Below, in pieces: positions 51,230 through 63,400 of a stretch of 64,000 nucleotides of DNA (position 1 is the first letter of the stretch; every line of letters starts with the position of its first letter). This DNA is from Macrostomum lignano (Eukaryota). The notes below the pieces were generated by a model. The model was not told the origin of the DNA, made no database searches, and worked only from the letters and a program-made list of their open reading frames with translations. A program made the translations under genes and the position numbers. The stretch is from positions 362,327-426,326 of the forward strand of contig NIVC01000275.1 in assembly GCA_002269645.1 (NCBI GenBank). Reading direction: 5' to 3'.

Positions 51230-54200
51230 TTGTTGTTGTTGTTGTTAGTGCTGAGACGTTTTCCACCTAGACCGGTACCAGCCCCAGTACGCCAGTGCTG
51301 CGTCCGGGTCTTCATTCAGCCAGCTCAACTCGGACGCTCCGTACTGCCGGAGTGTTCCCTCCGTGGCCGGGCAGGAGCAGATCACGTGCTCAACCGTCTC
51401 GGCCTCCTCTCCACAGCCCGGGCAGGTGTCTTTATCGGTCTTCCCGATCCTATGGCGATAAGCCTCCAGCTCGAGCGAGTGTCCGGTGCGGAGCCTCCGG
51501 AAGCTGACACCTTTCGCCCGACCTTGAGTCCTGGGGTGCCTCGCCGTGCCACTTCTCCCGTACGTGCGGTGCCTCCAGCGTTGGCAGTCGCGCTCCTCCT
51601 CCCTCGCGTGGGCATACAGCCTCCTCCTGACCACACTGGCCAGCAACCCGGCGCCCTCCTGGACAAGGGCGGCAGCAGCGCCCGCAGCCTCGTCCGCAGC
51701 CTCGTTGCCAGTCAGGCCGCAGTGCGCGGGGACCCAGCACAAGGTCACCTCCCTACTCTGGGCACACATGTCTTCCAAGAGCTGCTGTGCCCTAAGCGCC
51801 AGCGGGTTGCGGCCTGTGCCCTTGATGGTCATGAGCCCACTCTTGCTGTCCGACACCAAAAGAGCCAATCTCCACTGATCATGGGCCCGTAGCCACTCCA
51901 ACCCGCGGGTAATCGCCTTGAGCTCCGCTTGCAGTGAAGAGGCCGGCAGGCCAGCCGGTTCCTTGATGATGATGGGGACCGCTCTCTGCTCCCGCGGCTC
52001 ATCTGACTTCCAGATCATCACTCCGCTGCCTCCTCCCAGCTCCTGCACCGATCCGTCCGTGTAGATGGTGACGTCAGGCTTTTGACACGCCTCACTGATG
52101 CGTTCCCTGGCAAGCTGCAGATTCTCCGCATCGCTGGATTTTCTGGTGTCCGCCTCGCATGCCATGATCTTGGCCTTGGCTCGCCAGTCGCTCCAGGGCG
52201 CTCTGCTACTGGCGTCGGGAATGCGGTTGATCGTGTCTAAACTGGCGGCCGCTAGGCGAGCGCCGGCCTTCATGCGCCATCCCTTCCGAGCCAGTCTCTG
52301 CGTTGGTGCTTCCTCCGCCAACAGCCTCCTGGGGGAGCCGGCGGGAAGCCGGAGCCATCGATCAAGGCGGTCCCCCCAGTTAGCCCCGCACATGGCACGG
52401 AGGTCGACAAGCCCGCTCTCGCAGCGCAGCGCTTCGACCAGAGTCGTGGCGACAGCGCCCGTGATGACCCGCTCCGCGCTGCGTTGCAGGACGTCCAGCT
52501 TGCGCCAGACCGCTTCGGCGATCCACTGGGTCCAGGCACAAGTTCCGTACCCAATCTTGCTGCGGATGAGGGCGATTTAGGTGACGCGAAGTAGGTCCGG
52601 GTCCCAGCCCCAGGCGCTTCCGGCCAGCTTGCGGTGCAGGTTGATGCGCCTTCTGCAGTCCTGCACTATACCGTCGGCGTGGGCGGTGAATCGGAGCCTT
52701 TGGTCACAAACTAGGCCCAGGAACTTAGGCTGCGCCTCCCATCGAAGCGCCTGGCCCATCAGCGTCACCTGCACAGTCTGCTGGGCCGCTTGGGTGGTAG
52801 CCGGATCATTCGAGAATAGCGTCAGCGAGCACTTGTCTACCGCTATCGGAAGCAGCCACTCCTCGCTCCAGGTCTGCAAAACATCCGCTGCCGTCTGCTG
52901 GGGCACAGCTGCTTCCTCAGCTCGCTTGCCGCTGGCCCAGGTGGCCAGGTCGTCGGCATATCCGCTGACGTTGAGCCCTGGTATCTCCTCCAGCCGGCGG
53001 AGCAGGTCGTCAATAAATATGATGAATAACAGCGGTGAGAGGACAAAGCCCTACGGCAGGCCCTGCTCAAAGAGCATACGCCGACTGTCGACTCCACCTA
53101 TGTTCACACAGGCCTGCCTGTTAGCGAGCCAACCCTGGATCCAGCGCACCATCTTGTCTCCAATGCCTAATTCCAGCAGCTTAAAGAGGAGGCCGTCCCG
53201 CCACACTCTGTCAAAGGCCCTGGCGAAGTCAAATAAGGCGAGCAAGGTGCGTTTTCTCTCCTGAAAGGCGTCGTCAATGAATTGCGTTAACCTGAGGAGC
53301 TGATCCTCAGTGGATCGACCCGGCCTGAATCCGGCTTGGGCCTCGCTGAGTCCTCCATTCCTCTCCAGGACATGCCTGATCCGGTTCCCCAGCATACGCT
53401 CCATGAGCTTGCTGAGGCTGGAGGTGAGGCTCACCGGTCTGTAGGAGCCGATGACATTGGCCAGCTTTCCCGCTTTCAGGATTGGGATGATCCTAGCCGT
53501 GCGCCAATTCTGGGGGGCAAATCCCTGGTCATAGAGGCGATTGATCAACCGAAGCACCGCCCTCCTAGCCGCAGGCGGAAGGCCCTTAAGCAAACGGGGA
53601 TGCAGTCTGTCCATACCAGCCGCCCTGTTGCCGTCCATACAGTTCAAGGAAGCTCCGCTTCCTTGGCCGTATATAGTGGTTACAGTTCCATTGCAGAATT
53701 TTAATTTGCTTAGTGCTCGGCTTCATCACCGTTTTGGTGGCTTCCTCAGTCCTGCCTTGCTCAGTCATGATCGGCGGCGACAGTTCAGTTCCTTCCGGCG
53801 GGGCCCCCGCTTCCTCCCGGCAGTACTGGCAGGTCCAGCCCCACCGTTTGAGACCGTCTATCTGTTTCCGCATGTGGGTACCAGTGCAGGACCAGTGCAC
53901 CTCGGCTCCGCAGTTCCTGCACTGGGCTCCTTGATCTTTCCTGCGGTGACGCTTACAGATCGTGCATCGACTCGCCTTGCGCGGCTGGCCCGCAGTCCCT
54001 AGCTCCTTTTCGGCCTCCACGTTTCCGCTGGGGGAGCGCCCGCGTCTGCCGTCCGCGGCGGTCGGTCCGCACCCACGGCACACCCAAGCAGCCAGGGCGT
54101 CCCTGCGCCATCTACTGAGACCAGTGCAGGTGTGGTGGCTGGTAGCCAAGCATCTGACGTATTTGATGCCGGCCTGGTTTCTCCGGATCTTTCTTTTACA

Positions 54201-54765
54201 GCCTCGGGGTTTTATGGCCTCGGGGTTCCGCCGGTTGTTTTGTTTTTGGGGTTGGTCGGCGAATTCTCCCTCTCCGTCCCGGTGGCTCCCGCCCCATCGC
54301 TTTGGCTGCTGCATCCCGTGGGTCCCCTTTCGTCCTGTCTGCGTGTTGTCGCCTCTGCAGCTCGGGCACGTCCATTGGCCAATCTTGTCGTCCCGCGCGT
54401 AGTACTCACTGCGCTTGAGCCCGCTGCACTTCAGGTGCACGTGCGTCTCGCAGCCGCCACAGCGAGGGCCCCGGCCAGTCGTGCGCCCTGAACAGACTCC
54501 GCACAGCAAGGGACCCGGGTTCCTCTCGACATCGCCGGCTCGCAGCATCAGCAGTCTTCGGCCGAAAGCCGGAGTCTCCGCCTGCGATGCTGCGTAGGCC
54601 GTCCCGTCCGAGTCAGCTCTCTCTCTTCTGTCGAAGATCGCAGTACTTCTGTCACTATTTCCACTTCTCTCACTACCGAAAAGCGTCTCAGTATGTCTCC
54701 GTTCGTACTCAGTCATGGACTGAGCTCCCCGGCACACCGCTCGGCGGTCTGGAGGCTGTGCACGG
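51230..54765 (-). mobile_element. Ingi-like (I-group) non-LTR retrotransposon: 5' HDV-like ribozyme candidate, 2A-like peptide, PHD fingers, APE mostly deleted, RT, RNase H, C-terminal Cys/His knuckle, (CAA)n tail
   Basis: GDVERNPGP; PHD CGVC...HLKC...WTCPSC; ILQWNC then an abrupt jump; RT SYRPVSLTS, QAGFRPGRST, DFARAFD, QG..LSP and YADD; RNase H YTDGS, AELKAI, SDS and WVPAHCGLTGNEAAD; CPGC...TVEHV..C. Flanked by (CAG)n on both sides. One frameshift (about 53055) and one stop (52577). Confidence 0.9.
54695..54765 (-). ncRNA. Candidate HDV-like (nested double pseudoknot) self-cleaving ribozyme at the LINE 5' end
   Basis: P1 CCG(U)GCAC/GUGCCGG, P3 ACC/GGU, L3 GCCGAGC, P1.1 CC/GG, 8-bp P4 GCUCAGUC/GACUGAGU, J4/2 ACGAA, and P2 CUCC(A)G/CGGAG. 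Folded by eye only. Confidence 0.6.
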
Positions 54766-54926
54766 TGCTGCTGCTGCTGCTGCTGCTGAGATGCTGTGGT
54801 CAATGGGGTGGCAATACGACCAGCTTCATCAGCCGTCAGCCCATCCACTTCGCGCTGCGGTACCTGTGCGTGAGCGCGTATTCAGGCAAAGGGTTTTAGT
54901 AGGGTTCGTGCATGCTTGCGCGTCTT

Positions 54927-54988
54927 GCTCACTCACTCACTCACTCACTCACTCACTAACTCACTCACTCACTCACTCTGTCACTCAC
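54927..54988. repeat. (TCAC)n microsatellite at the intron donor of recombinase gene copy A
   Basis: Direct observation; on the minus strand it is (GAGT)n starting at the GTGAGT donor. Confidence 0.9.
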
Positions 54989-57041
54989 CGGAGAAGTGGG
55001 AGCAGTGTCCACAGGCATTTGCTGCCCGACATTTGAATCAGCGGCGGTAGCGGCGGCGGCCTCTGCAGAGCTGCTCATGACTTGCAACTCAGTCTGCGTG
55101 GCGATAGTATGTATGTCCGGACGTACAGCGATGTGGCTCTGTTGATCGTCTGTTGACGCAGCCGCCGTTGATGCCTTTCTACTGCACACGCCGCGGTGCT
55201 TGCGGATCTGCCGGACAAATGCGTTGCATCCGGCGGTGCACAGAACGAGCCGCTCATCCTCATTATACACGTTCGGCTCCTTGGACAGTCAAAGGACTTC
55301 CAAAGGAGCGAGCGGCGAGCCTCTGTGTTGGCGGCGACCCAGTCGGCGTCTGATGGACACATGCGCTGGAAAGGCCTGCCGAGGATGCCAGTCCGGCAAT
55401 AGCTTGTCAGCGTGATGTCGCGACGGAGATCACGGCGACGGAGACGGAGTATCCGCTTTGGCGACGGAGCACGGAGTAGCCATACTGGCGGACGTTGACG
55501 CACTACACAGACGAATTAGTATTAATAATATTATACTGTACAGACTGAGCTAATATAGATGTATGTACAGATGATGAGTTTTTGTGCAATGAACGATGAT
55601 GATGATTATTTAGTGATTATATTCATAACAAGAAATTATGAGCGAGTTATGATAACTAACTGTTGTGTCCCTCCCGACTGACTCGATATGAAAAGAGAGA
55701 GAGAGAGAGAAGAGAAAAACTTTTCCACTCCGAAGACAACGTACATGCTCATTTTGGCTTAAAATCAATTAAAGCTGCCAGATATAGGGAATGAGGCTTG
55801 ATTCCCTTGACTGCCTGCTCAGTGGGTTAAGCCAGCCAGCATATAGCTAGAGTACGCGAAGCTTGGGGTTTCAGCCACAGACATTACTATACGGAGATGT
55901 GCCTGCCAAACAGATTCCCAACTCAGGACCGATCGATTTAGCCACACAGGACAGACTGCGAATTCGGGGTTTGTACCATAAACTAAAAAAGCAAAGACTG
56001 GTTGCCACGTAAAGTATTACGAGTATAATCTATAATTAAGGTGCATTATGTCTTTTCCTCCAATGCAGCTACCGACTCTATAATCGCCGCATCTATTCTT
56101 GGAAGGAGCAACGTACTCTTCTCAGCTGATAGCTAAAATATATACTTCGGTGAGTGAGTGCAATTTGATAGATTTGATATACTGTTGTTACAGTTGCTTT
56201 AGTATAGTATAGTATAGAGATGGGATAATCTATAAATCAAAGTCCATGTCTGTCTATGTATGGATGGTGTTCACTTTCGGTAGTTCAATAGAAATTGGGG
56301 GCTAGGCCACAGATTAATGAAGTCGAAACAGTGTAAGCAGATGAAATGCGATTACTTACTATAGAACTAATTAGTAAATAGTAGTCTATGTGCAGTATAG
56401 CTTACTATAAACGTATATATATACGCTATATTACCTGTTTTTGTGCATGCATTTACCTGTAACTATTTAAAAAGTAAATATAATTCGATGCCTGCTTGCA
56501 TACATAACCATTTAATAAAGAATTATTGCTTCTTGACTTCTTTGTTCATTGAATTGCTGCTGCTGCTGGCATATACATGCCAAATAAACAGGTTTTAAAG
56601 GCCGAAGCTACTCACTAATGGGCAATCAACATGTCCTAATTACGTAAAAACTCTATAACGAATGAGTTAAATCGTTTTTGCAACGTTTACCTCACCAGAA
56701 TGAATATCTGATTGCATAGACGTATTTTGACGCAAAAAGACCGTAAATGTGCCTCCGAGAAGGCCAAATCTGGCTAAAAAAAATTCTGAATTTGGAAGGT
56801 CGGAGATCGGATTTGGGAAAGTTTATAAACAAAATTTTTTCGGTTTTTGGTGTTTCGGTCTGCTTATAAGTTATGGTCACGGCTCGAATATGTCACATGA
56901 GCACGTAGATAGCTATAGCTGGCAACTAAGGTGCTTGTAGCAAAAAAATCGAATGCTACAAGCATGAGCCAAAATGCAGCCATAGACACTTAAACCCCAG
57001 TGTGGCTCAGTCCAGTGTCTATGGTATGTAACGCATTTTAT

Positions 57042-57479
57042 TTAGTAGCCGGGCCAGGAAATTTTTTCACGGCGAAAAATAAATAACAAGAGAAGAAAAA
57101 TAACAAAGTTAAAAAGCACCTCCAGGACAAACAGCTTCAATAGAAAGTTCTTCACCTCACTTTTTGAAATTTCGTCCACGTCGTTTAAAACCAGTAAAGC
57201 TGGACCACCGCCTGTGGTCCAGAAATGCTTTTTCTCGTCGTGCCATTCTCGTAAGATTTGAATTGCCCATTCTGCCTTCCTTGTTGTCGAGGGCGAGCTC
57301 TCCTCAATCTCTCGCTGAAATTCCGCTTCTGTCAGTGTCTGGAATCGTCCCTTATTTTCACTGGAGCGCGCCAACTGCGACTCATTTTCTGTTTGTATCA
57401 GAAAGTCCAGTAGATCCGGAGAAATCTCCCTATCTGGGGTCTCAAAATCGCCAGGATCGGAAGGTAAACCGTCTTCCAT
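57042..57479 (-). pseudogene. Crypton (DUF3504-type) recombinase N-terminal fragment
   Basis: GRFQTLTEAEF...PSTTRKAEWAIQILREW...KLFVLEV resembles the N-terminal region of Crypton/DUF3504 proteins. Confidence 0.6.
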
Positions 57480-60249
57480 GTCGAATTTAACTTGCCAGAA
57501 AGTACGATTGCGAATTGATTAGCAATAACACTACACAATAACACTCCCCAGATTTGCTGTTTATGGCGTGTTGTAAAGAAACAAATCAGGGGTGGGGGGT
57601 GTTATCTCATAATTACGCTACAATAGACACATAATAGAAATGAATAGGCCTTCAAGTTTTTTTCTGAAGGATTTGAGGCGTTTCCCGTCCCCTTTTCTAG
57701 TTGTTCCTGAGTAAGGATCTACAGTCTACTATACTGTTGTTACACAACATCTAAAAAGCATTTGAAATATTAAAAGTAATGAAAATTATATAAGTCTTTG
57801 TTTTACTATTTCAAAATCATTTAGTTGCGCTTTACGAATTCCTTCATCCAAAAGGTTAACGTTGTTGCACAGTTGGCACTGGCATTGTTCTTTTTTATTG
57901 TCTACCTTTTGGTAAGCACACGGGGCGGCTTGCTCAGCCAATAATTTTTTATTCAAAATCTGCATTCCGTAAAGTAGATTTCGCTTCTGCTTTTTTATTG
58001 CCCCACTGAGCAGTCTCTTTTCTTCCGGTAGTTGCCCGTGAGTTTTGGTCTTCACACAAAAAATCCGAAACAGCCATTCTGTGTATGATTCTGTGGTATT
58101 AAAAAACGTTCACTCTTGGTTGTTTTTCCTTAGTGTCTTTTCGATTTCTTAAAATATATTTCAACCCTGCACCAATGATCCGTTAGACCTAAAGGAGATT
58201 TTGCCATAGACAAAAGTAATTCTGGACGCTTGACCAGCAAGTCTGCACACAGAATCAAATAAGAATGACATCTGCACGAGTGCATGATGTCCTTCACGCA
58301 CGAGTGGACGTGAAGGAACCCCACTGTCGGGTGAATCATCAAGCAGGAAACCGTGCAAGCAAAACCGTGCAGGAATGAATTTCTGCGCCAAATGCTTTTT
58401 TAGGCTTTTTTGACTGCCATAGACAAAGTATTTTTCGTCTCGTTTTCATTTTCGTTCCCCTCTGAAAGGTCTGTCCCAGCATAGTATGAGCTCGCATCAA
58501 AATATATGCTTTCAGCCAATAGGAAGGAACGGGGGGAAAGGGATGTTAAAAGCGAAAATCGAGTGAGATAAAAATAACTGGCTCAGATTAGCACTCCATT
58601 CTATTCTTTCCTCCATGGCTGTAATGCCACATTCCAGTTGCGAAGCATAGAGAAGCGCTCAACCAGATAGGCCTATATCTCCTCGAATTGGAAATTTGGT
58701 CTTGAAATATTCGTCGCAACTTTTGGTCGAGTTAAATTCATTGTAGCGGTGTGCCGAAAAAGTTTTCAACAAACAAACGTACCTCTCTTTATTGCCCGAA
58801 TGGGAACCGATGCAACCGAGTTGTAGACCGACAGTTGCAGTCAAAAATGCGCACTGTCGGCGCGAATCCGTCAGCATGTAGAGATACTTTGAGTGCAACA
58901 CAGCGTAACGTAAAAAATCTGAAAGTAAATGTTTAGATTCAGTCAGAGGCCTACAAAGTAAATTAAAAAAACAAATCTGTCTAATTTCTTGGGCAGCTTT
59001 CTTATACTCAATGTGGAAGGGAATGGCAACTTCCTTAAAAATAGTCTATGGCACAGCTCTTAGAATTTTGACTAGAATTCCCCGCGGCGTTGGCTACATT
59101 GAAAAGGATATAGAAGATGGATGTATGCTACTTAGCTCGTAGTTAACTTCACGCCAAGAGTAGGCTCCATACGTATCTTTTTTGTCCTGCGATTTTCATG
59201 CGGAGAGCACGAATGAGCATTGTGTGTGATATTCTGTGGTTAATACTAGACTTTCACTTGCCATCAGACGCAACTGAAATACAAACTAAATGACATTTGT
59301 CGCCGTCGGCTCGAATCTTCTAATTATTCCGATTTTCGTGCCCGAGGATCGTTGATAACGTCAACTGGGCTACTTGCCTCGGTATCTGCAACTTAAGAGT
59401 CGGCGTTAGTAGCCACCGTTAGTTGATTGCTCACAGCACAGATGGCTTGCTCTCGTTTCTTCCCTCATCGAATGCAGCGCTGGACGGATGCAACTCGCCA
59501 CGCCTCATCTCTATAAACCTTAAGTAGCTCTTCATGCCAACTGATAGCGGAGATTCAAAGACTGTGTCTAGCATAGGCATAAGCCTGGAAGTCTTTCATT
59601 TTGAAAAACTCGCTGTCAAAATAACCTTCGGCAGCTTCAGCAGCTTCGGCAGCTTGGGCAGCTTCGGTAGCGGCAATCAAATAGTCAGCGTCAATATCGA
59701 CGTCTTCACAAAGATTGACCGCAGCTGCAGCATGGTCACTTATATAACTTCACAATTTAACTGCTCCTTCAGAGCTGCCTGCCGCTCGGCTTCCTCGCAG
59801 GCCTCGATGAAGGCATTGGCATCTTCTTTGGTTTCGTAGTCGTTGTCCGTATCGCACCAAATTCAATTTAGTTTTTTAAAAGAAAAGTGCTCTGAAAGAG
59901 CTAAAAAAGAAACAGCAGCGATTATATCGTTGTCTTGGTTTCCTTTCTTCTCCTATATATGACTGGGCACCGCTGTTACTTTTCTGTCTATGGCAAAAAG
60001 ACCCTTTTGCTTCACCAAGCAGAAGAAAGAAAAAAATTTTTAATTAGGGAAAAGTGCTAGGCATTGTACATATACACAAGAGTATTATAATGACACGCAC
60101 CATTTTGTTATTGCTTAACGCTGAAAATACATTTCGACCATCGAAAATTTATTTTCATATTATTTATTGAATAACAAGTGAACTTGAAAACATAAACAAG
60201 CAATAAACAAAAAACTCAGCGTGCCTGATTCGTAGAGAAACGGAACCTA

Positions 60250-60650
60250 CCTTCTGAATCGTTCAAAAGAGGCTTCGGAAAAAAGCAGCCGTTTTTCACC
60301 CATGTAGGTAAAGACCTCTCATACAGAGCAGTCAGTTAACGATGCTCTCCGTAGATGCGCGCCTGCTTCGTTCTGTCGTCTTTGCACTTCGCTGGGTCAC
60401 TTGATTGGTTCTTAGTTGGTAGTGGTGGTAGTTCACAGTACTCTTGTCCGTCGGAGTCGATACCAGCAACCAATGCTCCGTGCTGTTTCAAATGTTTAAG
60501 GTGTTCTTGTCCTCTCTCACGTAGAATATAGAGAATGGTGAATACCACCTCGTCCTGTAAGCGTTTCGGCTGTGGTTCTATCAAAGTACGCCTTGACTTT
60601 TTCCAGATCTCCTTCATCGATCGGTAGAAACTGCTTAGTTGTTGACTAAG
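60250..60650 (-). pseudogene. Crypton (DUF3504-type) recombinase central fragment, copy 2
   Basis: PIDEGDLEKVKAYFD..TAETL/QDEVVF...RERGQEHLKHL...DSDGQEY...PTKNQ...ARIY...LP...FFPKPL, with one frameshift and one stop. Collinear with copy 1 at 46.0-46.3 kb. Confidence 0.75.
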
Positions 60651-61554
60651 TGAAATTGATATTTTGTTGCTGTAAATTTTCTTTCCAGTCTATCGCTTTT
60701 TGTAACATATACTGGAATGGAACTTTTCAGTCGCGTGAAGGCCTAAATATTTGTCTATGGCCCACTGCACCAAGGCCTTTAAATTTGTCTATGGTCGACT
60801 GGGTGCCTAATTTTAGTAGCATTAAGTAATGACCGATCTATTATTGAAATTTCATGTGCCATGTCAACAGGTTGCTTCTTTCTTGCTTGATTGACATATT
60901 CGCACGACTTTAAAGATTTGAAGAAAAAGGACGCAAAAATTCAAATGGCGTGCCAAAGCAGAAAGCTTAGTCTCAATAATAAAATATATACCTATCAATC
61001 ATACAGAAGAAGAAATTAAACGCTGCTGTTAGGGATGGCTTCGTTCAACGACTTTAATCTTCCTTGTCTTTACAGTCCAATACAGTAATAGTTTATGGCT
61101 TTAACTTTGGTTACATCTATAAATAACTGATACATTTACATAATAAATAATAATATATAATAATAACATCGAACAACTGATCGCGCAATATCAAAAGATG
61201 AAAAAAATTATAAACAAGGGCTGGCTAACTAACGCATGTCCATCGTACAGTTCATAGTGCGCGCATAATTCCCTAAAATAATACGAATAGCTAAATGGAT
61301 CAAATCCCTTATAATTTTATAGAGTTTATTGCGCGCACTATCAACTGTTCCTTGTTCAACATATAAGATTATTCAATAAGCATGCATAGATTTATGAATA
61401 ATAAAAATACTTTAACAATTGTACGCACGAACTATAATAATATAAACTCAAAGTTAATAAGTAATATAAGTAAAAGCGAATAAAGCACGCACCTACGTGC
61501 GCGCTTTATACGCTATCGTACTAATAGTAATTAAACACACTGGCGGCGGATCTT

Positions 61555-61738
61555 TTAACTCAGCCGCTGAACCTTGGCGACAGGCTGCGAAACAACTCCC
61601 AAGCCTCCATCCTGGCCGCCGTCACAACTTGCTGAGTTTTGCCTCCGCCTCCGCCGCTGCTTGCTTCTGCCGCCGCCGCCGCCGCCGCCGCCGCTGTGCA
61701 CTGCAGCATCAGCGCGCTGCGTCGGCCGAATCTCGCCG

Positions 61739-61775
<37 letters not shown>

Positions 61776-63400
61776 TGTCTTCGGCACCACCGCTGTCGGC
61801 CAGTAATGCCGATCGGACAGCCAGCGCCGAGGAAATTGCGGCAGAAGCAGAAGCAGAAGAATTCGCCAACTCAGACGCTGCTGCTGCTGCTGCTGCTGTT
61901 GCTGGTTTAGTAGGCTGGCCGTTGCCAACTGCCTGGCGCGAGCGGATGACAACACCCATTTGCAGCGCCCTGTGCGCGTTATAGCTGTAGTTTTGGCATA
62001 TAACCGCCGGCGAGGTGCCATGGGCGCGGGCAAATGCGTGCAGCTGCGCCGGCTCCATCGCCAGGACGACGCTGCATAGGGTGCGGCGCCAGTCAGTCGC
62101 AACATAATGCCGGCCGAGCAGCCTATCGCCTCCAGTGCTGATCATGCGGCTGAATGCGCTCTGACTGTAGCCGAGGCCATAAATATCCAAAAAAATTGTG
62201 GACACCTCGGGCGGAGGAACAGACTCCGCGCGCAACGAGGCTCGGCCGGATGTAGGCGTCGTGCAGGCGCAGCAGGGCGTCGCAGAAGAGGTCGGGCAGC
62301 ACCATTGTGGCTGGCTGGCCATTTTGCCCGGCCTTGTGCGGAACTTCGGTCGGCGGCAGCACCAGGTGCGAGTGCCCAACGAGATCTTCTTCAGTGGCAC
62401 TGATGCTGGTGTCGCGAAACAGCTGGTCCCGGTCGTCCGCCGCCCTGTGTCGCACTGCACGGTTAAGCAGATGCTGCCGCCGCAGATAAATCCACGGCAA
62501 TAGTCTAATTGGCTGTTCCACGCTGCAAAAGAAAACGAACTCCTGCACAATGCGCCGGACACATACCATCTTGGCGCACAGCTGATTGTCGTCGTCGCTG
62601 CGAGACGAGCTGTTGCTGCTACTGCTGCTGCTGCTGCTGCTGCTCCAGTCTCCAGTTTGCGGCAGCGCCTCCCAACTGTTCTCAAGCAGCATATTAAAAA
62701 CCGGTCGCGCCGGTCAAAAATGTTGCACACTTTGCTACGTTTAATATAGCTGGCCATATAGCTCATCTGCGACCATGGTGGCCAGCTTATGGAGCTGCTC
62801 CTGGAGTGAGCGTACAGCGGCGAACTCACCTTCTGCTTCGCCGATCAGCGAAGACATGCGCGCAACTGCAAGCTGCCTAGCAGCGAGTGGGTTGTCGCTC
62901 ATCAGCTGCTGCTGAGCTCGCCAGCCGGCCTGCTCGGCATCCCCTCTGTCGTCGGCATCGGCGGTGGTAGCGGCGCGGCGGCGGCGGCGGCGCGGCACAA
63001 AAAACTTTGATTGGCGCAGTCTGATCGCGTCGAGCACCTGCTCAAGACAGCGATTGCCGCGCACTGTGAGCCAACCCAGGATGGTAACTATCTCCTAGCA
63101 CTTGCGGCCCGCCGTTGAAGGCGCCAGCTTCAACTGATTGGTGACCACCTCCAAGCCAAAGACGCCAGCGATGAGGTCAGGCCGCAGCACTAGGTCGGCC
63201 AGAGTGAGCTGCTTGCGCTGCCACAGCCGCTCCTGTGTTGCCTCAACGGAATCGCGGATCTTTCCCCAGCGGCGTTTGTGGCTTTGGTTGGCGGAGATGC
63301 TTGAGGTAAGTTTTCAGTACTGCTTTGACTATATTCTTCTTACGGTTGCCGTTATTAGTAATAAGCGTTATTAGTTGAATTATTTGAGTAGCTATTATCT
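61555..63400 (-). pseudogene. Tyrosine recombinase, copy B (non-DUF3504 type), with stops/frameshifts
   Basis: Ordered catalytic-type motifs QPIRLLPWIYL (R, 62504), PHKAG (K, 62333), ATDWRR (62083), ARAHGTS and ICQNYS (Y, 61987). An upstream helical region fits a core-binding domain. Frame switches near 63.26, 62.74 and 62.2 kb. Confidence 0.6.

Larger units (their letters stand above)
50450..55483 (-). pseudogene. Tyrosine-recombinase-like gene, copy A (N-terminal Zn-finger-like exon plus core-binding region), disrupted by the Ingi-like LINE and 3'-truncated
   Basis: Exon 55483-54989 (CTAGCNAFVRQIRKHRGVC), intron 54988-54864, then an exon from 54863 that continues past the LINE at 51214 in frame. 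ADMVLEP, KGWKQST and IATRSLGVAPLSDL align by eye with ADLVLRP, LKLAPST and LAARQLAVARMSSL of copy B. Confidence 0.55.

Noticed and set aside
54850-54900. Alternative ribozyme-like fold upstream of the CAG tract
   Set aside because: It lacks a valid J4/2 and P1.1, and the region is better explained as the host intron and acceptor (54864).
55290-55435. Two in-frame TGA codons in recombinase copy A read as selenocysteine or readthrough
   Set aside because: No SECIS-like support. The gene is otherwise disrupted, and compensating frameshifts explain the stops equally well.
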